Source of the DNA: Acutalibacteraceae bacterium
GTDB lineage: Bacteria; Bacillota; Clostridia; Oscillospirales; Acutalibacteraceae
Length of the DNA stretch: 56,770 nucleotides
NCBI GenBank assembly: GCA_045656585.1
Contig: JAZORM010000094.1
Coordinates: forward strand, 1 to 56,770
Direction of reading: 5' to 3'
The notes beneath the pieces were generated by a model, which was given only the letters and a program-made list of their open reading frames with translations, made no database searches and was not told the DNA's origin. Each line of letters opens with the position of its first letter. Positions within the stretch are counted from its first letter, which is position 1. Both the position numbers and the translations under genes were made by a program. Below are positions 52,944 to 56,770 of the stretch, piece by piece.

Positions 52944-54071
52944 ATGGCATGTGTAGATTTTAAGCATACTCCATACGGCGATTTAGCTGTAATTAGTATG
53001 CGCGGATGTGAGGATATTTCCTCAAAGGTAGACTATTATTTAAAACAATGGCGCGAAATTCCGGAGGATGAAACTTTTGTGGTTCCTGCAAACTGTCCTC
53101 GTTTCGGAACAGGTGAAGCAAAAGCTGTACTTAAGCATACTGCTCGCGGTCTTGACGTTTATATTATTTGCGACTGCTTTAACTATAGCGTAGAGTACAA
53201 GATGTACGGCAGAACCGTTCCTATGAGTCCTGACGACCATTATCAAGACTTAAAGCGTGTTATCGCAGCTTTGGGCGGAAAGGCTAGAAGAATCACCGTT
53301 ATTATGCCTATGCTTTACGAAGGCAGACAACATAGAAGAACCGCTCGTGAGTCTATGGACTGCGCAATGGCATTGCAAGAACTCGTTTCAATGGGTGTTA
53401 AGAATATTATCACTTTCGACGCTCACGACCCACGTGTAAACAACGCTATTCCGCTTGAAGGATTTGACAACGTTCAGGCAGCTTATCAAATGATAAAAGC
53501 TCTCCTTAAAACAGTTCCTGATATTAAGCTTGACCGTGATCATACAATGATCGTATCTCCTGATGAAGGCGGTATGGGTCGCTGTATCTACTATTCTTCA
53601 GTTTTAGGTTTGGACCTTGGTATGTTCTACAAGCGCCGTAACTACTCGGTAATTGTAAACGGTAAAAACCCAATTGAAGCACACGAATTCTTGGGTAATG
53701 ATATTAAGGGTAAGGACCTTATCCTTGTTGACGATATGATTTCTTCGGGCGAATCAATGCTTGATATCGCCGCTAAACTTAAAGAAAAGGGTGCAGGAAG
53801 AATTTTTGTTTTCTCAACCTTCGGTCTTTTTGTTGAAGGTCTTGAAAAGTTCGACGAATATTATGAAAACGGACTTATTGATAAGGTTTTCACAACCAAC
53901 CTTATTTACCAAACACCCGAACTTCTTTCTCGTGAATGGTACTGCAGTGTTAATATGTCTAAGTACATAGCACTCCTTATTGAAACTCTTAACTACGATA
54001 ACTCAATCAGCAGTCTTTTGGACCCTGTTGACCGTATTAAGAATATCGTTAAGAAATACGAAGAAAAATAA
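52944..54071 (+). CDS. prs: Ribose-phosphate pyrophosphokinase, long (375 aa) form
   Basis: PRPP-binding loop VDDMISSGES and the FDAHD motif. About 60 aa longer than classical Prs. Confidence 0.75.
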   Translation: MACVDFKHTPYGDLAVISMRGCEDISSKVDYYLKQWREIPEDETFVVPANCPRFGTGEAKAVLKHTARGLDVYIICDCFNYSVEYKMYGRTVPMSPDDHYQDLKRVIAALGGKARRITVIMPMLYEGRQHRRTARESMDCAMALQELVSMGVKNIITFDAHDPRVNNAIPLEGFDNVQAAYQMIKALLKTVPDIKLDRDHTMIVSPDEGGMGRCIYYSSVLGLDLGMFYKRRNYSVIVNGKNPIEAHEFLGNDIKGKDLILVDDMISSGESMLDIAAKLKEKGAGRIFVFSTFGLFVEGLEKFDEYYENGLIDKVFTTNLIYQTPELLSREWYCSVNMSKYIALLIETLNYDNSISSLLDPVDRIKNIVKKYEEK

Positions 54072-54088
54072 TTTGTAATTTGGATTGT

Positions 54089-54118
54089 AGGGGAGGCTCA
54101 ATGCCTCCCTTATGTATT
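54089..54118 (+). terminator. Hairpin after prs
   Basis: GGGAGGC / GCCTCCC stem with a 5-nt loop. The T tract is weak. Confidence 0.4.
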
Positions 54119-54146
54119 TGAAATAATAGAACTTTCTTGTGTTACT

Positions 54147-54184
54147 AAAAAAGGTACTTGAACAGAGTGTTCAAGTACCTTTTA
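54147..54184 (-). terminator. Intrinsic terminator after the deacetylase gene (bidirectional shape)
   Basis: 13-bp stem AAGGTACTTGAAC / GTTCAAGTACCTT flanked by an A-run and a T-run. Confidence 0.65.
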
Positions 54185-54187
54185 AAT

Positions 54188-55069
54188 TTAGTCAATTTCT
54201 ATTGTCTCGCCTGATTTTACAACATAAGGTTTGCCGTCAACCTCAAGCCAAATTGTCTTGAGGGTTGGGTTGTAAATTCGAGTTTCGTCGGCACTGTAAA
54301 TAAGTGAGTTATATGCCATTACATAGTCATAAATCTCGATATTAGTAGCGCACCAAATATCGTCTGTGCTACTGATTATTTTACAAATTTCTTCAAGACG
54401 GTCCCAGTTATTGTTGCTGTCAAATTCGTATGTATGACCAAACACATAGAAAAGTTTTGGCATACGCCAAGAGTGTGTTTTCGGCAATTTGAGGTCTGCG
54501 AATTTTTGGGTATATTCTAAAGCATGTTCACCTTGATGGTGGGTATTAGGCAACCAGTTAAGCCAATCATTAGGCAAAGAAAAATCGTCATTATTATACG
54601 CTAATGAACGGGCATAAGCGATATCCAAATCTTCAAGATAACGTTTGACGCTTTCATAATTTTCACCGTTTGTAAAGGCGGTGATTCCGTGGTAGGCATA
54701 AGCCATACCGCGAACGATTATGCCGAATTCTTTTTCTAAAGCCAAACGACAATTGAGTACTTCTTGAATACCGCCGATTGGACGCTGAAGACCATTCGAG
54801 CGATGTTCTTTGCCGTGTATTGCAATTTCGTGACCACGGTCAAGAATATATTCCTTAATTTCTTCTTTGTTGAGCCAATTAACGTTTGGATAAAGACCCA
54901 TTCCATCGTAATTTCCATAAAGGGCATCGCTTATAATATTAAACGTTGCTTTTACGCCATAGGAAGTGATTATGTCGGAAAAACGCTTATCCTGTGGCCA
55001 TCCATCGTCATAACTCATTGTAAATGCTTTGAATTTTCCTTCCGGGAAACGCAAATGTCTATGTTGCAT
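54188..55069 (-). CDS. Polysaccharide deacetylase (CE4 / NodB-homology)
   Basis: MSYDDG (TFDDG-like) and IHGKEH (HxxxH) metal motifs. Confidence 0.75.
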   Translation of the reverse strand: MQHRHLRFPEGKFKAFTMSYDDGWPQDKRFSDIITSYGVKATFNIISDALYGNYDGMGLYPNVNWLNKEEIKEYILDRGHEIAIHGKEHRSNGLQRPIGGIQEVLNCRLALEKEFGIIVRGMAYAYHGITAFTNGENYESVKRYLEDLDIAYARSLAYNNDDFSLPNDWLNWLPNTHHQGEHALEYTQKFADLKLPKTHSWRMPKLFYVFGHTYEFDSNNNWDRLEEICKIISSTDDIWCATNIEIYDYVMAYNSLIYSADETRIYNPTLKTIWLEVDGKPYVVKSGETIEID

Positions 55070-55087
55070 AATTTTACTCCAATTAGA

Positions 55088-56770
55088 TTAGATAAGTTCG
55101 GGTGCCCCGATTTCAGGGTTTGCTACACGAATTCTACCCTTTGTTGTAACTTTAAAGCGGTAGCAGTCGAATACAGGTTGCAAGAAGTCTTCGTTCTTGA
55201 ACGCAAGATCATAACATTCGTCACGAAGCTCGTTAGCCTTGTCATATTCGCCGTCGATACGTGCAAGTATTGATTTAGCAAGTAAGGTATAGATTTGACG
55301 GTGTAAATCGAGATAACGCCAAGAATCGTGTTCGCATGGGTCGTAGTTTACGAAATGCGCTTTGATAAACGGTTCGATATCGTCCATAGCCTTGATTGCT
55401 TTTTCCATTTTAGCACGGAGTGTAGCGACGTCTTCGGTTTTGTCGGCATCCTTGTCGATTACGTCGTGACCAGATGCTTCATCCTTAATAAGAGCTAAAT
55501 CGAAGCAATCCGAAAGGGTAGAGAAGTATTCCATAAGCGGTTGTGCTGCGCCACGACCAAATGTGCCGTAGTAAAGCTTTTCGCGGATTTGGTCAAAGTC
55601 AGCAGCGGTGTTCCACATTGTTTTTGCCATTGTGGTCATACCGATAGAGGTTGGGAAGGTGTTTCTTTGAAGTTGGCAAGTTGTAAGACCGTTAAGCCCT
55701 AAAGATTTAAAGTTTTTAAGGTCTTCGCTTATGATTTTAGCGATAGCTTCACCGCCTGCTTCCATATGTTGATCCCACATAAGATGGTAGTCGTAGTCAA
55801 TCCAGTCGCCTTCGAATTCTTTTTGCCATTCGTAGAGATATGATAGATTTTCATCAATATCGTAAGACTTATGATAGCCATTAACCTTGTATTCGGGAGC
55901 CACGAGTCTTTGATGACCGTTGGGGAATGACTTTACGTATGTTCGGGTGATAGGTGCCCAAGTCATAACAAGACATTCTTTATTGCGAAGTTTTTCTTGG
56001 ATTGGCGGCCACAAGGTATTAAGGAATGCGATAGGAATAATTTTTTTAGTAATACCGTTTGCTTTCATACGGTCGGTTACTTCGTTGATAATGTTTACGT
56101 AAGCATCGGCGTAACGGAACTTTGTGCAGTCGTCACATTCACAGGTGTTGTTGAGCGCGTCAGCAAGCCAGAAGTGAAGCACGTCAACCTCAGGGTGTTC
56201 GTTAAAGTATTTAATAACTGCGTCTGCAATAGTTTCAATAACACGAGGACGAGTGAAGCAAAGCTGATTAAAGTAGAAACCGTTTTTGTCAACTTCACGT
56301 TTGCCATCTTTTTCAGCGCAAATATCAATATACCATTCAGGCGCTTCTTTTGGTTTTTTATTTGGGTCATCCGGAATACCAAACGGGAAAGAATGCCAAC
56401 CGTGACCTACACGGTGGAACAAAAGGCCACGCTTGTGAATTTCTTCATCAAGCTTTAACATAAAGTTATCAACCATCTCGTAGCTGAATTCTTCAGGTTC
56501 TTTATATGGATTTTGATTATGAGTGTACCAAGCCTTAAAGAATTGGAAAGCGTTTTCAAACTGAACAAAGTAGCCGTTAAAACCAACCTTTGCGATATAG
56601 TCAACCATATCGAGAACGTTTTCAAAGCTTATAGCGCCCTCAATACACATTGTACGGTAGCGAACGTCGGGTTTTTCGTTTATATCAAGGTCAGGTGACT
56701 GGGGATTTTCGGGGAAGTGGTCTCCGTTGGGACCGGGTCTTACCCAAGTGATACCCCATTCTTCTAAAAG
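55088..56770 (-). CDS. DUF4838-like / GH20-fold-like TIM-barrel protein, 5' end outside the window
   Basis: The frame stays open for the 40 codons between the track's ATG (56650) and the window edge (...WGITWVRPGPNGDHFPENPQ...RYRTMCIEG). The VDYIAKVGFNGYFVQFE segment and the CECDDC motif recall DUF4838. The family call is from memory. Confidence 0.4.
   Translation of the reverse strand, partial: LLEEWGITWVRPGPNGDHFPENPQSPDLDINEKPDVRYRTMCIEGAISFENVLDMVDYIAKVGFNGYFVQFENAFQFFKAWYTHNQNPYKEPEEFSYEMVDNFMLKLDEEIHKRGLLFHRVGHGWHSFPFGIPDDPNKKPKEAPEWYIDICAEKDGKREVDKNGFYFNQLCFTRPRVIETIADAVIKYFNEHPEVDVLHFWLADALNNTCECDDCTKFRYADAYVNIINEVTDRMKANGITKKIIPIAFLNTLWPPIQEKLRNKECLVMTWAPITRTYVKSFPNGHQRLVAPEYKVNGYHKSYDIDENLSYLYEWQKEFEGDWIDYDYHLMWDQHMEAGGEAIAKIISEDLKNFKSLGLNGLTTCQLQRNTFPTSIGMTTMAKTMWNTAADFDQIREKLYYGTFGRGAAQPLMEYFSTLSDCFDLALIKDEASGHDVIDKDADKTEDVATLRAKMEKAIKAMDDIEPFIKAHFVNYDPCEHDSWRYLDLHRQIYTLLAKSILARIDGEYDKANELRDECYDLAFKNEDFLQPVFDCYRFKVTTKGRIRVANPEIGAPELI

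Noticed and set aside
54764-56458. Plus-strand ORFs of 169 aa (54764-55273) and 153 aa (55997-56458) across the deacetylase and DUF4838-like genes.
   Set aside because: They are antisense to genes with clear motifs (CE4 metal motifs, a long uninterrupted frame). They have no SD and a skewed composition.

Overview
This is a 56.8-kb chromosomal segment from a low-GC (roughly 40%), spore-forming, anaerobic Clostridia-type Firmicute. The lineage call rests on spoIIM, a GerQ-like gene, an electron-bifurcating [FeFe] hydrogenase, ppdK, thyX and type III glutamine synthetase. I count about 60 densely packed protein genes, many with 1-17 nt overlaps. I saw no rRNA, tRNA, CRISPR array, intact IS or recombinase-bearing element.

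Layout:
- 0-9 kb: a mannoside/glycan locus. It holds a truncated GH-like gene, a 619-aa PMI-fold protein, two AraC regulators, a PHP phosphoesterase, manA and a DUF89 phosphatase. An unclassified ~85-nt element is duplicated in front of the PHP gene and manA.
- 9.0-11.7 kb: an integrase-less mobile-element remnant. It holds tnpV with its small partner gene, a tight operon of 69/76/74-aa proteins, an XRE repressor, and an orphan promoter-terminator unit that looks like a small RNA.
- 11.8-23.4 kb: ppdK, a DUF5058 / 6-TM / membrane-anchored M20 peptidase operon, a HAD-IIA hydrolase, a membrane XRE protein, a GerQ-like gene, glnN and a peptide-binding lipoprotein.
- 23.6-31.8 kb: a hydrogenase operon in which hydC is separated from hydB-hydA by a six-gene signalling cassette (2x DRTGG, 2x GHKL ATPase, PHP, and a sensory-type [FeFe] hydrogenase paralogue). 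This is the most interesting system in the window. It has a readable H2/redox input but no recognisable output domain.
- 31.9-56.8 kb: housekeeping genes. These are asd-dapA-dapB, queA-HAD-tgt-yajC, a DivIVA-like gene, spoIIM-xerD, mscL, nagB, alaS, a PBP, a U32 peptidase, mltG, DJ-1, tmk-thyX, prs, a CE4 deacetylase and a truncated DUF4838-like gene.

All product calls come from reading motifs in the supplied translations. No database search was run.
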